The position numbers and the translations under genes are program-made. DNA of 64,000 nucleotides from an uncultured Acidobacteriota bacterium (GTDB lineage Bacteria > Acidobacteriota > Vicinamibacteria > Fen-336), in assembly GCA_963720545.1 (NCBI GenBank), contig OY970399.1, positions 2,176,001 to 2,240,000 on the forward strand, given 5' to 3'. Positions 10,185 to 21,354 of this stretch are shown piece by piece. The notes below the pieces were generated by a model that saw only the letters and a list, made by a program, of their open reading frames with translations, did not search any database and was not told the origin of the DNA. How positions within the stretch are numbered: the first letter of the stretch is position 1; each line of letters begins with the position of its first letter.

Positions 10185-10577
10185 ATGAAACAGTCTCTGG
10201 GCCTCGTCTGTCTGGTGGTGCGCGACTACGACGAAGCACTCGCCTTCTACGTCGGCAAGCTCGGCTTCGAGCTGGTCGAGGATTCGTATGTGCCCGAGCA
10301 GGACAAGCGCTGGGTGGTGGTGTCGCCGCCCGGCGCCAGCGAATCGCGACTGCTGCTCGCGCAGGCCTCAACCGCGGCGCAGGCGTCGAGCATCGGCAAC
10401 CAGACCGGCGGCCGCGTGTTCCTGTTCCTGCACACCGACGACTTCCGCCGCGACTACGACGCCTATCGCACGGAAGGAATCGAGTTCATCCGCGAGCCGA
10501 AGGAAGAACTCTGGGGCACCGTCGCGGTCTTCAAGGACCTCTACGGCAACCAGTGGGACTTGATCCAGCCCAAATAG
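10185..10577 (+). CDS. VOC/glyoxalase family protein
   Basis: VRDYDEALAFY..LGF; WGTVAVFKDLYGNQWDLI. Confidence 0.9.
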   Translation: MKQSLGLVCLVVRDYDEALAFYVGKLGFELVEDSYVPEQDKRWVVVSPPGASESRLLLAQASTAAQASSIGNQTGGRVFLFLHTDDFRRDYDAYRTEGIEFIREPKEELWGTVAVFKDLYGNQWDLIQPK

Positions 10578-10579
10578 CG

Positions 10580-11194
10580 TCAGTCGATCAGCGGGTTTGC
10601 GACCGAGCCGAGAGGGTTGCGGCGGATGACTGCGGCGGCGCGCAGCTCCTTGACCCAGGCTTCGACGAGGACGGAGAGGCGGGCCGACTCCAGTTGTTCG
10701 CGCAGCTGCTGGGCGGCGTCTTCGAAGCCGGGGGCGTTGGGGTCGCCGCCGTATTGCTCCTCGTACGCGGTGCGCACCGCTTCGTCCTCGACGCGCACCT
10801 GCGGGCGGAAACGAAACTCGATGTACTTGAGGACCGCGAGCTGGCGGCGGGCCATGCGGCGCAGGCCCGCCTCGTCTACGGCGGCGGCGGCGCTGTCGAG
10901 GTTCCGCACCAGGCTCTGATACGCGACTTCCTCCTCTTCGCGGGTGGTCGCGGCCTGCGGAATGCGCGCCGCTTCGCGGGCCATCAGCCGTTCGTCGATC
11001 GTGGTCTCGACGGCGGCGCGCAGGTCCTGCTTCAGGAGCCGCGCCTGCAGCGTGACCTCGCTGAGCAGCACCGGCCGGTTGTCGAGCACCGCGAGCACGC
11101 GCTCGATGGTGTCGGCGCGTGTTGACGTCGCTGCGGCAGCGCCGATGAGGATACCGATCGCTGACACGAGCACACGGCGGAGGCTAGAACGCAT
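10580..11194 (-). CDS. SurA N-terminal-like periplasmic chaperone (no obvious PPIase domain)
   Basis: Signal peptide; IERVLAVLDNRPVLLSEV and WVKELRAAAVI resemble the SurA N- and C-terminal motifs; overlaps the tamA end. Confidence 0.65.
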   Translation of the reverse strand: MRSSLRRVLVSAIGILIGAAAATSTRADTIERVLAVLDNRPVLLSEVTLQARLLKQDLRAAVETTIDERLMAREAARIPQAATTREEEEVAYQSLVRNLDSAAAAVDEAGLRRMARRQLAVLKYIEFRFRPQVRVEDEAVRTAYEEQYGGDPNAPGFEDAAQQLREQLESARLSVLVEAWVKELRAAAVIRRNPLGSVANPLID

Positions 11195-13862
11195 GGCCGA
11201 TGGTCACGTGGAAGGCGTAGGGTTTTTCCTGCGGGCGGCGGTCGAGCTTGTAGCCCCAGTCGAGGCGCAGCGGCCCGATGGCGCTCTTGTAGCGGATGCC
11301 GGTGCCGACCGAGACCAGCACGTCGCCGAGGTCGATCGCGGCGATGAACGGATAGACGTTGCCGAAGTCGGTGAAGGCCGCGACCGAAAAGCGCCGGGCG
11401 AGGTCGAAGCGCAGTTCGACGCTGCCGAGGAGCAGCGCGTTGCCGCCCTCGGGCAGCAGGCGCGAGCCATCGGTCGAGAGCACCAGCGGTCCGGCGGTGT
11501 CGAGGCGGTAGCCGCGCAGGCTGTAGTCGCCGCCGGCGAAGAAGCGGTCGGCGAGCGGCAGGCGCAGGCCGGTGGTGCCGAACGCGCGGCCGAGGCCGCC
11601 GCGGCCGGCGACCGCCAGCACCGTGCGGCTGTTGAGGCGGCGGTAGGCCGCGGCCTGCAGGAACGTCTTCGCGAACGTGTCGCCGCCGAGGACGTTCAGG
11701 GACAGCTGGTTGTCCATGCCGATGAAGTGCCCGGACGACGGGTCGAGCGCGTCGTCGCGCGTGTCCTTGACGAATGAGACCGACGGTCCCGAGAGCGTCG
11801 ATTGCTGGAACCGACGGTCGACTTCGTCGAGCGGCACCTGCACGCGGAAGGTGTCGGTCTTCTGGAACGAGTAGCGCACGATCGCGTTCCAGGTCTTGCC
11901 CAGGGCGAAGGCGGTCTGCGCGCTGGTGCCGTAGCGGCGGAAGCTGAAACTGTCGCGCTCCTCCTCCTCGCGAAAAATCGAGAGGAACAGGTCCTGCCGG
12001 CGGTTGCGCAGGAACGGCTCGCGGTAGGTGGCGAGGAAGCGGTTCGTCTGGAAGCTCCAGCGTGCGAACGTGGAGAGCGTGCGGTTCATGCCCGCGAGGT
12101 TTTTGCGCGTCACCTCGACGCTGAAGCGCAGGTTGTCGCGCTCGCCGTAGCCGGCGCCGTACGAGACGCTGGTCGGCGTGCTTTCGCGCACCCGCACCAC
12201 CACGTTGCGGCGGCCCTGGGCGTCGGCGTCGGTCTCGTCGATCTGGATCGCGCGGAACAGACCCAGCGCCGACAGTCGCCGCTGGCTCTCGAGCAGCTGG
12301 TCGAGGCCCAGAGGCTTGCCCTCGACGAGCGTGATCTCGCGGCGCACCACTTCCTCGCGCGTGTGCTCGAGCCCGGCGACGACGATGCGGCCCACCAGTT
12401 CCTGGCGCCCCGGCTGCACCGCGAACACCACGTCGATGCGGTCGCCCTCGCCGGAGGGCACGACACTCGGCGCGACTTCGGCCTGCGCATAGCCGTCGTT
12501 GCGCAGCGCCGCCACCAGGTCGTCGCGCTCGGCGGCCACCGCTTCGATGGTGTACGGGTCGCCGGTGCGCAGGTGGCTGCGGTGGCGCTCGATGAGCGGC
12601 TGCACCTCCGTCGGTGCGTCGATCGAGATCACGCCGAAGAACGCCTGCGGGCCGAGGCTGACGCGGAACAACACCGCCACATCGCCGCCGCCGGGCTTCG
12701 CCTCCACCGCCACCTCCGCCTGCGGGTAGCCGGCGTGCAGGGCGGCTTGCTGGATCAGCAATCGATCCGCCGCAAGCGCCGTCTCGTCGAGCGGCTTGTC
12801 CATCCGGGTTGCGAGCGCGGGCGGCCGCGGAAAGCCTTCGACCGAAACCGCCGAGACGCGCGCCTTTGCCGCGGGTGCGACCGTGAACACCACGGTGGTG
12901 GCGCCGTCGCGCTCCTCGACGCGCCGCGCGATGGCGCCGCCACGGTCACCGCGGCGCCGCGCGTCCGCTTCGAGCCGCTCCGCGGCCTCGTCGAGCGCAT
13001 CCTCGCGGCCCTTGCCCTCGCGCGCGATCCGCAGCACCGCCTTCTGCACCTTGCGCGGCGGTGCGGTGCCATCGAAGGCGAGCGCCATGGGCGGCCCCAG
13101 CTCCACGACGAACACCATCGCTCCGCCCGTCACCTCGGCGACCGACGCCGGCGGCGTGACGGTCGCGCGCCAGTAGCCGGCTTCGGCCAGGCGCTTGCGC
13201 GCGTTCTCGGCGGAGCGCCGCGCTTTCTCGAGGTCGAAGAATTGTCCAGCGCGCGGCCGTGCCTCTTTCACCGCCACCGCCTCGAGGGCGCCGGCCCCCG
13301 GTGCCTGCACCGTGACGATGCGCAGGCGCTCGCCGGCCGCGATCGTGAAGATCGCCTCGGCGCCGGCCTCGACACGGCGGCTGATGGCGTCGACCTGCGG
13401 CGCCACGAAGCCGCGCGCGCGCAGCGCCTCCTCGAGGCGGCGCGCGGCCTGCTCGAGGTCTGCCGGGAAAAGCGCCTCGCGCTCGTGCAGCCCGCCGAGC
13501 CGGCGGATGTCGTCGCGGCGGAGCGGCGAGCGGCCGGTGACCTTGATCGCAGCCAGCAGCGGCGCCACCCGCGGGCGGATCACGAGGCGCACGCCGCCGG
13601 GCACTTCCTCCGAGTCGACCACGACGTCTTCGTATTGGCCGGTCGCGAAGATCAGCTCCACCAGCGCGCGGATTGCCTCGGGTTCGAGCGGCGTCCCCGA
13701 CGGAATGGCGACATAGCGGGCCAGCCGGCGCACTTCCGTGTCGGCGGCGTCCACCACCACGCTGACGATGCGCCGCGGCTCGGCCGCCCGGCACGGGCGC
13801 GGCCAGTACGCGGCGCACAGGAGGAAGAGCCCGACCAGGGCGCCGCGCCGCCGGCCGGTCAC
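11184..13862 (-). CDS. tamA: TamA/BamA-family Omp85 protein with multiple POTRA domains
   Basis: POTRA repeats (GLEHTREEVVRRE); GGDYSLRGY lid-loop motif; C-terminal FHVTIGHAF; GTGA overlap with the tamB stop. Confidence 0.8.
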   Translation of the reverse strand: MTGRRRGALVGLFLLCAAYWPRPCRAAEPRRIVSVVVDAADTEVRRLARYVAIPSGTPLEPEAIRALVELIFATGQYEDVVVDSEEVPGGVRLVIRPRVAPLLAAIKVTGRSPLRRDDIRRLGGLHEREALFPADLEQAARRLEEALRARGFVAPQVDAISRRVEAGAEAIFTIAAGERLRIVTVQAPGAGALEAVAVKEARPRAGQFFDLEKARRSAENARKRLAEAGYWRATVTPPASVAEVTGGAMVFVVELGPPMALAFDGTAPPRKVQKAVLRIAREGKGREDALDEAAERLEADARRRGDRGGAIARRVEERDGATTVVFTVAPAAKARVSAVSVEGFPRPPALATRMDKPLDETALAADRLLIQQAALHAGYPQAEVAVEAKPGGGDVAVLFRVSLGPQAFFGVISIDAPTEVQPLIERHRSHLRTGDPYTIEAVAAERDDLVAALRNDGYAQAEVAPSVVPSGEGDRIDVVFAVQPGRQELVGRIVVAGLEHTREEVVRREITLVEGKPLGLDQLLESQRRLSALGLFRAIQIDETDADAQGRRNVVVRVRESTPTSVSYGAGYGERDNLRFSVEVTRKNLAGMNRTLSTFARWSFQTNRFLATYREPFLRNRRQDLFLSIFREEEERDSFSFRRYGTSAQTAFALGKTWNAIVRYSFQKTDTFRVQVPLDEVDRRFQQSTLSGPSVSFVKDTRDDALDPSSGHFIGMDNQLSLNVLGGDTFAKTFLQAAAYRRLNSRTVLAVAGRGGLGRAFGTTGLRLPLADRFFAGGDYSLRGYRLDTAGPLVLSTDGSRLLPEGGNALLLGSVELRFDLARRFSVAAFTDFGNVYPFIAAIDLGDVLVSVGTGIRYKSAIGPLRLDWGYKLDRRPQEKPYAFHVTIGHAF

Positions 13863-16800
13863 CGGCTCTTCTTCAGCCTCAGGTCGACGCCGGCGCCCTG
13901 TGGGTCCGCGCGCGTGAACAGGATGGAAAGCCGGCGCGACACCGTGTACTCGAGCGAGTAGAGCTGCTCCTGCGTGCTCTTCAGGTCGACGGAGTAGTAG
14001 AAGTCGACGTCGCGGGCGATGCGCTTGCCAAGCGTGAGGCGCGCGGTCGGGTTGGTGTTGGAGCCGCGCGCCAGCGACGGGTCGATTGAGAAGCGGTTGA
14101 GGCCGATGCGCTGCGCCACCTTCTCGGCGCCTTGCTGCACCTCGCGGGTCAGCGGCGCGGCGCGGCTCACAAAGGCGGCGGCGCCGGCCATGGCGAGGTT
14201 CTGCTGCACGCGTTCGCTGCCGCTCTGGAAGGAGGCGTCGGTGACGGTGCTCTCGGGCGCGCCGGCCAGCAGGCTCAGCACGCCGAGGGTGTCGAGCGGC
14301 GGGTCGGAGGTGAGCGTCGGCGTCACCCGGTCGATGGTGCCGTTGAGGCGCAGCGTCACGGTGTAGGAGCGCACGCGCGTCTCGGCTTCGATGTCGAAGA
14401 AGGGATCGACGCGCTGCGGGTTCGCGAAGTCGAGGGTGCCGTGGCGGATGTTGTAGCTCTGCCCCTGGAAGTACACGCGGCCGTCCTCGACTTCGGCGCG
14501 GCCGACGAGCACCGGCCGGTCGTAGGTGCCCTGCAGCGCCAGCTCGGCGCGCGCCGAGAGCTGCGCGAGGTTGTTGTCGATGCGGATCGTCCCGGGGGCG
14601 CGGATCTTGACGTCGTAGCGCAGGCCCTCGTAGAGCGAGGTGCCGGTGATGGCGGCCGCCGTCTGCTGGAAGAGCTGCGAGGCCACGTCGTAGCGGCGGG
14701 TCAGCACCGCTTCCCGGACGTCGACGGTGCCGGTGACCCACTGGCGGTTGGCGTCGCCGAAGAAGCGCACGTCTGCGCCCACCACGCTGCGCAGCCCCTC
14801 CGGATAGTTGAGCGCCAGGTCGCGGCCGGAGGCGCGGATGTCGAAGCTGCTGAGGCGGCCGGCGGCATAGGACGCCTGGCCTTCGAGCCCGAGGGGCCCG
14901 CCGCCCGCGGTCGCGTGGACGTTGTCGAGGACCGCCACGTTCTCGGTGAAGCGCACCGTGCCGCGCACGTCCTCGAGGCCTTGCGGAAAGCCGCGCGCAC
15001 GGATGCCGGCGCCGGCGATGCGCAGCGTGCCGTCGACGCGCGGTCGCTGCGTGGTGCCGGAGATGTCGAGCGTGACTTCGGCGGCACCGCGGCCGCGCAG
15101 CCGCTCGGTGAAGACCGACACCACGCGCAGGTCGGCGCGCCCGCGCGCCGTGAACGACATGTCGCGGGTGTTGGTGACGCCGACGTTGCCGGCCACCTGC
15201 ACGTCGCTGCCCTCGCCGGTGAAGCGCGTCTCCTCGATCTCGAGCCGGCCGGCGCGGTAACGCGCGCGCGCGGTGCCGGTGCTCTTCATCGAGTATTCGG
15301 GCAGCACCGCGTCGAGGCTCGTGGCTTCGACGTCGGCCTGCAGCGCTTCGGGCGTTGCGAACGGACCGCGAATCGCGATGCCGCCGGCCGCCACCAGCCG
15401 CACCGCCGCCGGCAGCGAAGGCGCAACCGCGCGCAGGTACGGATCGAGGTTGGTGTTGCGGATCGCCAGGCGCAGCTCGCCGTCGTTGGGTGCGGCGGCG
15501 GCGAACGAGCCGCTGGCGGTCACGTCGAAGCGCGGCGAACTGCTGGCCGCGGTGACGCGCACTGCGCCGCTGCCGTCGCCGGTGAACGACGCATCCAGGT
15601 CACCGAGCCCCTCGTCGCCGAGGAAGAGCCGCGGCGAACGCAGGCTGGCGCGCAGCTCGGGCCGCTCGAGCGGGCCGCGCAGCGTGCCCTCGCCCGAGAT
15701 GCGCCCGGCGAGGGCCGGCACGCCTTCCCGCGCTGGCAGCAGCTGTTCGACCTCCACGTTCTTCGCGGTCCAATGGCCGTCGTAAGACCCGGCGTCGGTC
15801 ATACTTCCGGCGAATGCCACGTCGCCGCCGCCCACCTTCGCGGTCGCGGCGCGCGCCTCCGTGGTGCTGCCGTGGAAGGCAAGGTCCATGTCGAGATCCT
15901 CGTAGCGCAGGCCGTGGAACGTGCCGCTCTTCGCCGCCACGCGACCGCCGCCACCGGGCGCGCTGCGCCGATCGCTCAGGGTGAAGTCGCCGCTGAGGTC
16001 GCCGGTTGCGGCCAGCTGCCAGTCGAGTGCCTTCACCAAGTCTTCCGCGGGCCACTGGTCGAGGCTCACCTTCAGATCCATCGCATCGGCCTGGCCCGTG
16101 TCGCCCGTCTGCATACGGCCGGCGAGGCGCAGCGACGCCGTGCCGCGGCGCGCCAGCAGCGACCGCGAGCGCAGTTCCGCGCCCTCCAGCTCGCCGTCCC
16201 ACTCGGCGGCGCCCCACGAAACGCCGAGATACGCCACCGCCGGCGCGGTGAAGCGGCCGTCGAAGATCGGGTTGGAAATGGTGCCGCGCATGCGGCCTGC
16301 GAAGGTGCCGCGGCCCGAAAAGCCCACGGGTGCCGCCTGCGCGTTGCCGAGCGCGCGCCGGACGCGCGCGCCGAGATCGTCGGCGGCGGCCAGGTCGGAA
16401 GCAGCCAGGTCGACGTCCAGCGCGGCGCGATCGTCGGCTTCGATGCGGCCGGCGGCGCGCAGCGTCGTTGCCGGCGTGCGCAGGTCGAGCGCCGCGAATG
16501 TCTGCACGCCCTTCTCCGCGCGCCAGTCGACACGCCCGGCGAGCGGCGTACGGCCGTCGCCGCGGGTGCTCGCAGCGAGGTCGAGAAGCGCGCGGCCGCT
16601 GACGAGGCGCGCGCGACCCTTCGGCCACGACACGTCGATCGGACCGGTGGCAGCCGCGGCCAGGCCGGGCTTGCCGGTGCGAAACACATAAGAGAGGAGG
16701 TTCTCCGCGTCGACGCCGGCGAGGGTGCCGGCGATCCGTACGTCGCCGCTGCGGTTCGTCGGCACGTCCACCTCGAGCTCGCCGGTGCCGCCGAGGGCCG

Positions 16801-17749
16801 CGGCCGCAAGCCGCCGCAGGCGCAGGTCGGTGCCGTCCCAGTCGACATCCATAGCGCAGCGCTCGACCGCGACGCCGTCGAAGGCGCCTTCGCGCGCGTC
16901 GAGGCGCCCTTCGAAACGGATGGTCGAACCGTCGATGGTGGTGCGGCCGTTCCAGGTGCCGCGGCCGCGCAGGTTGAGGCCGGTGCGAAACACGTGCTGG
17001 TCGAGCTCGCCGACATCCACCCGGCCGCGCAGCGACAGGAGCCCGCGAATGCCGCCCTCGAGGAACAGTTCGCCGCTCAGGTCGAGCGCCGTGTCGCGCG
17101 CCGCGAGCTTGCCGTCGGTGAGCCCGACCCGGCGGCCGCGCCACTCGATGTTGGCGGACAGCCCGAAAGGCAGCACCGGCGCCGTGCCGAAGCGCAGGGT
17201 CCCGGGCGCGAACGACACCGGACCGCCGACGCCGCCGTCGCGCCGCGACGTGAGGCGCGCCTGCAGGTCGGGCAGGTCGAGGTCGAGCGGGATGCGCTCG
17301 TGGTCGACGACGATCTCGCCGCCCTCGACGATGAAGCGGCGGATGCGGACGTCGCCGCGGCCCGGGCCGCCGTCGCCGGCCGGCGGCAGGTTGGAGGTGC
17401 CGTCCGCGAACGCCGCCACGTGCAGAACCGGCTTCTCGAGCCGCACCCGCGACAGCACGGTGCGCGTCGCGAACAGCGACAACGGGCTCGGCCGCAGGAT
17501 GACCCGCGAGGCCGTGAAGAGCGGTGGCGCGCCGGCCTGCGGCGAAGCGATGCGCACCTCGTTCAGTTCCAGTTCCGGCGGGAAGAAATGCGTCTGCACC
17601 CGGCCGATCGTCACCTCGCGCGACAGCGCCTGCGACAGGCGCCGCGCGGTGTAGCCGGTGAGCGCCGGCGACCACGGGCGCGCCAGGGCGACGACGGCCA
17701 GCGTGCCGGCGGCAATCCAGAACGCGCGACGAAGCGGCCAGCGTTTCAT
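13859..17749 (-). CDS. tamB: TamB/AsmA-like translocation and assembly module protein
   Basis: N-terminal TM anchor; about 1300 aa of beta-taco repeats; DUF490-like C-terminus (LQGTYDRPVLVG, LTSDPPL, LTLGKRI). Confidence 0.85.
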   Translation of the reverse strand: MKRWPLRRAFWIAAGTLAVVALARPWSPALTGYTARRLSQALSREVTIGRVQTHFFPPELELNEVRIASPQAGAPPLFTASRVILRPSPLSLFATRTVLSRVRLEKPVLHVAAFADGTSNLPPAGDGGPGRGDVRIRRFIVEGGEIVVDHERIPLDLDLPDLQARLTSRRDGGVGGPVSFAPGTLRFGTAPVLPFGLSANIEWRGRRVGLTDGKLAARDTALDLSGELFLEGGIRGLLSLRGRVDVGELDQHVFRTGLNLRGRGTWNGRTTIDGSTIRFEGRLDAREGAFDGVAVERCAMDVDWDGTDLRLRRLAAAALGGTGELEVDVPTNRSGDVRIAGTLAGVDAENLLSYVFRTGKPGLAAAATGPIDVSWPKGRARLVSGRALLDLAASTRGDGRTPLAGRVDWRAEKGVQTFAALDLRTPATTLRAAGRIEADDRAALDVDLAASDLAAADDLGARVRRALGNAQAAPVGFSGRGTFAGRMRGTISNPIFDGRFTAPAVAYLGVSWGAAEWDGELEGAELRSRSLLARRGTASLRLAGRMQTGDTGQADAMDLKVSLDQWPAEDLVKALDWQLAATGDLSGDFTLSDRRSAPGGGGRVAAKSGTFHGLRYEDLDMDLAFHGSTTEARAATAKVGGGDVAFAGSMTDAGSYDGHWTAKNVEVEQLLPAREGVPALAGRISGEGTLRGPLERPELRASLRSPRLFLGDEGLGDLDASFTGDGSGAVRVTAASSSPRFDVTASGSFAAAAPNDGELRLAIRNTNLDPYLRAVAPSLPAAVRLVAAGGIAIRGPFATPEALQADVEATSLDAVLPEYSMKSTGTARARYRAGRLEIEETRFTGEGSDVQVAGNVGVTNTRDMSFTARGRADLRVVSVFTERLRGRGAAEVTLDISGTTQRPRVDGTLRIAGAGIRARGFPQGLEDVRGTVRFTENVAVLDNVHATAGGGPLGLEGQASYAAGRLSSFDIRASGRDLALNYPEGLRSVVGADVRFFGDANRQWVTGTVDVREAVLTRRYDVASQLFQQTAAAITGTSLYEGLRYDVKIRAPGTIRIDNNLAQLSARAELALQGTYDRPVLVGRAEVEDGRVYFQGQSYNIRHGTLDFANPQRVDPFFDIEAETRVRSYTVTLRLNGTIDRVTPTLTSDPPLDTLGVLSLLAGAPESTVTDASFQSGSERVQQNLAMAGAAAFVSRAAPLTREVQQGAEKVAQRIGLNRFSIDPSLARGSNTNPTARLTLGKRIARDVDFYYSVDLKSTQEQLYSLEYTVSRRLSILFTRADPQGAGVDLRLKKSR

Positions 17750-17777
17750 GATCGGGACCGAAGGTGCGGCGCTGCGG

Positions 17778-18284
17778 CTACGAGAGGACGCAAAGTGCGG
17801 CCCCCGCCTCCACCGCCTGGCCCTCGCGGACCGCAAGGCCCGAGACGGTGCCGGCGCGCGGCGAGCGGATTTCATTCTCCATCTTCATCGCCTCGATCAC
17901 GAGCAGCCCCGCGCCCTTCGCGACCACGGCGCCCTCGGCCACCAGCAGCCGCACGATCTTGCCCGGCATCGGCGCCCGCACCGGCGCTTTGGCGGACGGG
18001 ACCTTGCGCGACACCGTGGCTGCGCCCGAAGCAGCCGCACCGGCGTGTACCGGTTCCACGACGACGCTGAAACTGCCGCTCGCGGTGGTCACGCGAAAGC
18101 CGTCCGCCTCGATAACCACGCCGACATCGTGGCCGCGGCCGTCGAGCAGCAAATGCAGGGCAGGGCCCGTGCCCGCGACGCTCCATGAGAGCGTGCGGCC
18201 GTCCACCTTGAGGACGCGCGCCTCGCCGCTGCCGGCGATCTCGATGCGCCAGGTGCGTTTGCCGATGGTGGCGTCGACGATCAT
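17778..18284 (-). CDS. Biotin carboxyl carrier protein
   Basis: APMPGKI..EAMKMENE biotinylation motif; ATGA overlap. Confidence 0.9.
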   Translation of the reverse strand: MIVDATIGKRTWRIEIAGSGEARVLKVDGRTLSWSVAGTGPALHLLLDGRGHDVGVVIEADGFRVTTASGSFSVVVEPVHAGAAASGAATVSRKVPSAKAPVRAPMPGKIVRLLVAEGAVVAKGAGLLVIEAMKMENEIRSPRAGTVSGLAVREGQAVEAGAALCVLS

Positions 18285-19810
18285 CGGCGCGGCCGCAGCG
18301 CAGAGCCGATGCCGGCCTGCCACCACGCGCTGCCCGCGGCCGCCGCTGCGCCCGCCTGCGGCGCGTGCGTGCGCGACTGGTGCTCCGCAAACGTCAGTGC
18401 CGCGGCCACCGCCGCGGCGAGCTCGGCGCCATCGTCCCCTTCCGCCGGGGCCGCGGCCGGCTGCGCCAGCAACGCTTCGATGAACGAAGTGTCGAAGCGG
18501 CCGGCGGTAAAGGCCGGATCGCGCAGCACCCTGGCGAAGAACGGCAACGTGGTGCGGATGCCGAGGACGCGGTATTCGGAGACGGCGCGGCGCATGCGCG
18601 CCAGCGCCTCGTCGCGGTCCTTGCCCCAGGCCACGAGCTTGGAGATGAGCGGGTCGTAGTGCACCGGCACGGTGCAGCCCGAGTAGACGCCGGAGTCGTC
18701 GCGGATGCCGGGTCCCCCTGGTGCGCTCAGCGCAAGGATCTTTCCCGGACTCGGCAGGAACGACTGCTCGGGGTCTTCGGCGTAGACGCGGCACTCGATC
18801 GCATGGCCGCGCTGCGCCAGGTCCTGCTGCGCAAACGGCAGCGGCTCGCCCTGCGCGATGCGGATCTGCAGCTTGACCAGGTCGAGGCCGGTGACCATCT
18901 CGGTGACCGGGTGCTCGACCTGCAGGCGGGTGTTCATCTCGAGGAAGTATGGGTTGCCGTCCCGGTCCACCAGGAACTCGAGGGTGCCGGCGTTGCGATA
19001 GCCGGTGCTTTGCCCGAGCGCAACCGCCATTTCGCCCATGCGCCGGCGCAGGTCCGCGGTCATGAAAGCCGCGGGCGACGGGCTCTCTTCCACCACTTTC
19101 TGGTGGCGGCGCTGGATGGAGCACTCGCGCTCGAACAGGTGCACGACGTTGCCGTGGTGATCGGCGAGGAGCTGGATCTCGATGTGGCGCGGCGCGAGGA
19201 TCGCCTTCTCGACGTAGATGCGGCCGTCGCCGAAGGCGTTCATGGCTTCGCTGCGCGCGCGCGCCGCCGCCTGCGCCACGTCGCCGGCCGAGTGCACGAG
19301 CCGCATGCCCTTGCCGCCGCCGCCCGCGGCCGCCTTCAGCATCACCGGATAGCCGATGCGCGCGGCCTCGGCCGCGATCGCGGCGTCGTCGTCGAGTGGA
19401 TGCAGGCTGCCCGGCACCACCGGCACCCCCGCGGCCACCGCGACGCGCCTGGCCGAGGTCTTCTCCCCCATCAGCTCGATCGTTTCGGCCTTCGGGCCGA
19501 TGAAGGTGAGGCCCTGGTCCACGACCGCGGCGGCAAACGCCGCGTTCTCGGCCAGGAAGCCGTAGCCGGGATGCACGGCGTCGGCGCCCGCGCGCCGCGC
19601 CGCGTCGAGCACCGCGTCGGCGCGCAGGTAGCTGTCGCGCGACGGCGCCGGGCCGATCGCATACGCCTCGTCGGCGTGGCGCACGTGCAGCGCGTCGCGG
19701 TCGGCCGCGGAGTAGACGGCGACCGTTGCCACCTGCATTTCGCGGCAGGCGCGCATCACCCGCACCGCGATCTCGCCGCGGTTCGCGACCAGCACCTTGC
19801 GGATCTTCAA
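18281..19810 (-). CDS. accC: Acetyl/propionyl-CoA carboxylase, biotin carboxylase subunit
   Basis: [40 protein letters not shown] and [17 protein letters not shown] start overlapping the upstream stop. Confidence 0.9.
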   Translation of the reverse strand: MKIRKVLVANRGEIAVRVMRACREMQVATVAVYSAADRDALHVRHADEAYAIGPAPSRDSYLRADAVLDAARRAGADAVHPGYGFLAENAAFAAAVVDQGLTFIGPKAETIELMGEKTSARRVAVAAGVPVVPGSLHPLDDDAAIAAEAARIGYPVMLKAAAGGGGKGMRLVHSAGDVAQAAARARSEAMNAFGDGRIYVEKAILAPRHIEIQLLADHHGNVVHLFERECSIQRRHQKVVEESPSPAAFMTADLRRRMGEMAVALGQSTGYRNAGTLEFLVDRDGNPYFLEMNTRLQVEHPVTEMVTGLDLVKLQIRIAQGEPLPFAQQDLAQRGHAIECRVYAEDPEQSFLPSPGKILALSAPGGPGIRDDSGVYSGCTVPVHYDPLISKLVAWGKDRDEALARMRRAVSEYRVLGIRTTLPFFARVLRDPAFTAGRFDTSFIEALLAQPAAAPAEGDDGAELAAAVAAALTFAEHQSRTHAPQAGAAAAAGSAWWQAGIGSALRPRR

Positions 19811-21351
19811 AGCGGGATGTTCCCGTGCTTCCGTGGAGGGTTGCTGTCGCGCTTGTTGCGCGTCATCGCCAGGCCGGAAATGATCCTGGCGCGCGTGTCG
19901 CGCGGCCGGATGACCTCGTCGATGAAGCCGCGGTCGGCCGCTATGTAGGGGTTTGCGAACTTCTCGCGGAATTCCTGCGCCCGGGCGCGGCGCAGCGCCT
20001 CGGGGTCTTCGGCCTTTTGCAGCTCCTTGCGATAGAGCACGTTGACGGCGCCTTCCGGGCCCATCACCGCGATCTCGGCGCTTGGATAGGCGAAGTTGAG
20101 GTCGGTGCGCAGGTGCTTGCTCGCCATCACGCAGTAGGCGCCGCCGTAGGCCTTGCGGGTGACGATCGTGATCTTCGGCACTGTCGCTTCGGCGAACGCG
20201 TAGAGGAGCTTCGCGCCGTGGCGGATGATGCCGCCGAACTCCTGGGCCGTGCCCGGCAGGAACCCGGGCACGTCCTCGAACACCACCAGCGGGATGTTGA
20301 AGGCGTCGCAGAAGCGCACGAAGCGCGCCGCCTTCACCGACGCGTCGATGTCGAGGCAGCCCGCGAGCACCGCCGGCTGGTTGGCGACGATGCCCGCCGT
20401 GGCGCCGTCGAAACGCGCGAAGCCGACGACGACGTTCGCGGCATAGTGCTCGTGCACTTCGAGGAAGCGAGCGTCGTCCACCACCGCCGCGATCAGCGCC
20501 TTGATGTCGTAGGGCTTGTTGGGCTCCAGCGGAATGAGCGTGTCGAGGCCTGGGTCGGCGCGCCCGGCGGGGTCGCTGCACGCAAGCCGCGGTGCCTGCT
20601 CGGCGTTGTTCGCCGGCAGGTACGAGAGCAGCTCGCGCACCAGCGCGAGGCAGGCGCGGTCGTCGTCGACGGCGAAGTGCGCGACCCCGGAGCGGACGTT
20701 GTGGGTCATGGCGCCGCCGAGGTCTTCCTTGGTGACGTCCTCGTGGGTCACGGTCTTGATGACGTCGGGGCCGGTGACGAACATGTACGAGGTGTCGCGC
20801 ACCATCACGTTGAAGTCGGTGATTGCCGGCGAGTACACGGCACCGCCGGCGCACGGGCCGAGGATGGCGGAGATCTGCGGCACGACGCCGGAGGCGAGCG
20901 TGTTGCGCAGGAAGATGTCGGCGTAGCCGCCGAGCGAGGCGACGCCTTCCTGGATGCGCGCGCCGCCCGAGTCGTTGAGGCCGATGATGGGCGCGCCGTT
21001 CTTCATCGCGAGGTCCATGACCTTGCAGATCTTCTTGGCGTTCGTCTCCGAGAGGCTGCCGCCGAACACCGTGAAGTCCTGCGCGAACACGTAGGCGAGA
21101 CGCCCGTCGATGCGGCCGAAGCCGCTCACGACACCGTCGCCCGGAACCTTGCTGCCGGCCATGCCGAAGTCGAGGCAGCGGTGCTCCACCAGCTTGTCGA
21201 GCTCCTCGAAGGAGCCGTCGTCGAGCAGAGCCAGGACGCGCTCGCGCGCGGTGAGCTTGCCTTCGGCATGCTGGCGCTCGCGGCGCTCGGCGCCGCCGCC
21301 TTCCTCGGCGCGGCGGATCTTGTCGTGCAGGACCTCGTCGGCGTGGCTCAT
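19807..21351 (-). CDS. pccB: Acyl-CoA (propionyl-CoA) carboxylase, carboxyltransferase beta subunit
   Basis: [28 protein letters not shown]-terminal KHGNIPL. Confidence 0.92.
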   Translation of the reverse strand: MSHADEVLHDKIRRAEEGGGAERRERQHAEGKLTARERVLALLDDGSFEELDKLVEHRCLDFGMAGSKVPGDGVVSGFGRIDGRLAYVFAQDFTVFGGSLSETNAKKICKVMDLAMKNGAPIIGLNDSGGARIQEGVASLGGYADIFLRNTLASGVVPQISAILGPCAGGAVYSPAITDFNVMVRDTSYMFVTGPDVIKTVTHEDVTKEDLGGAMTHNVRSGVAHFAVDDDRACLALVRELLSYLPANNAEQAPRLACSDPAGRADPGLDTLIPLEPNKPYDIKALIAAVVDDARFLEVHEHYAANVVVGFARFDGATAGIVANQPAVLAGCLDIDASVKAARFVRFCDAFNIPLVVFEDVPGFLPGTAQEFGGIIRHGAKLLYAFAEATVPKITIVTRKAYGGAYCVMASKHLRTDLNFAYPSAEIAVMGPEGAVNVLYRKELQKAEDPEALRRARAQEFREKFANPYIAADRGFIDEVIRPRDTRARIISGLAMTRNKRDSNPPRKHGNIPL

Positions 21352-21354
21352 CGC

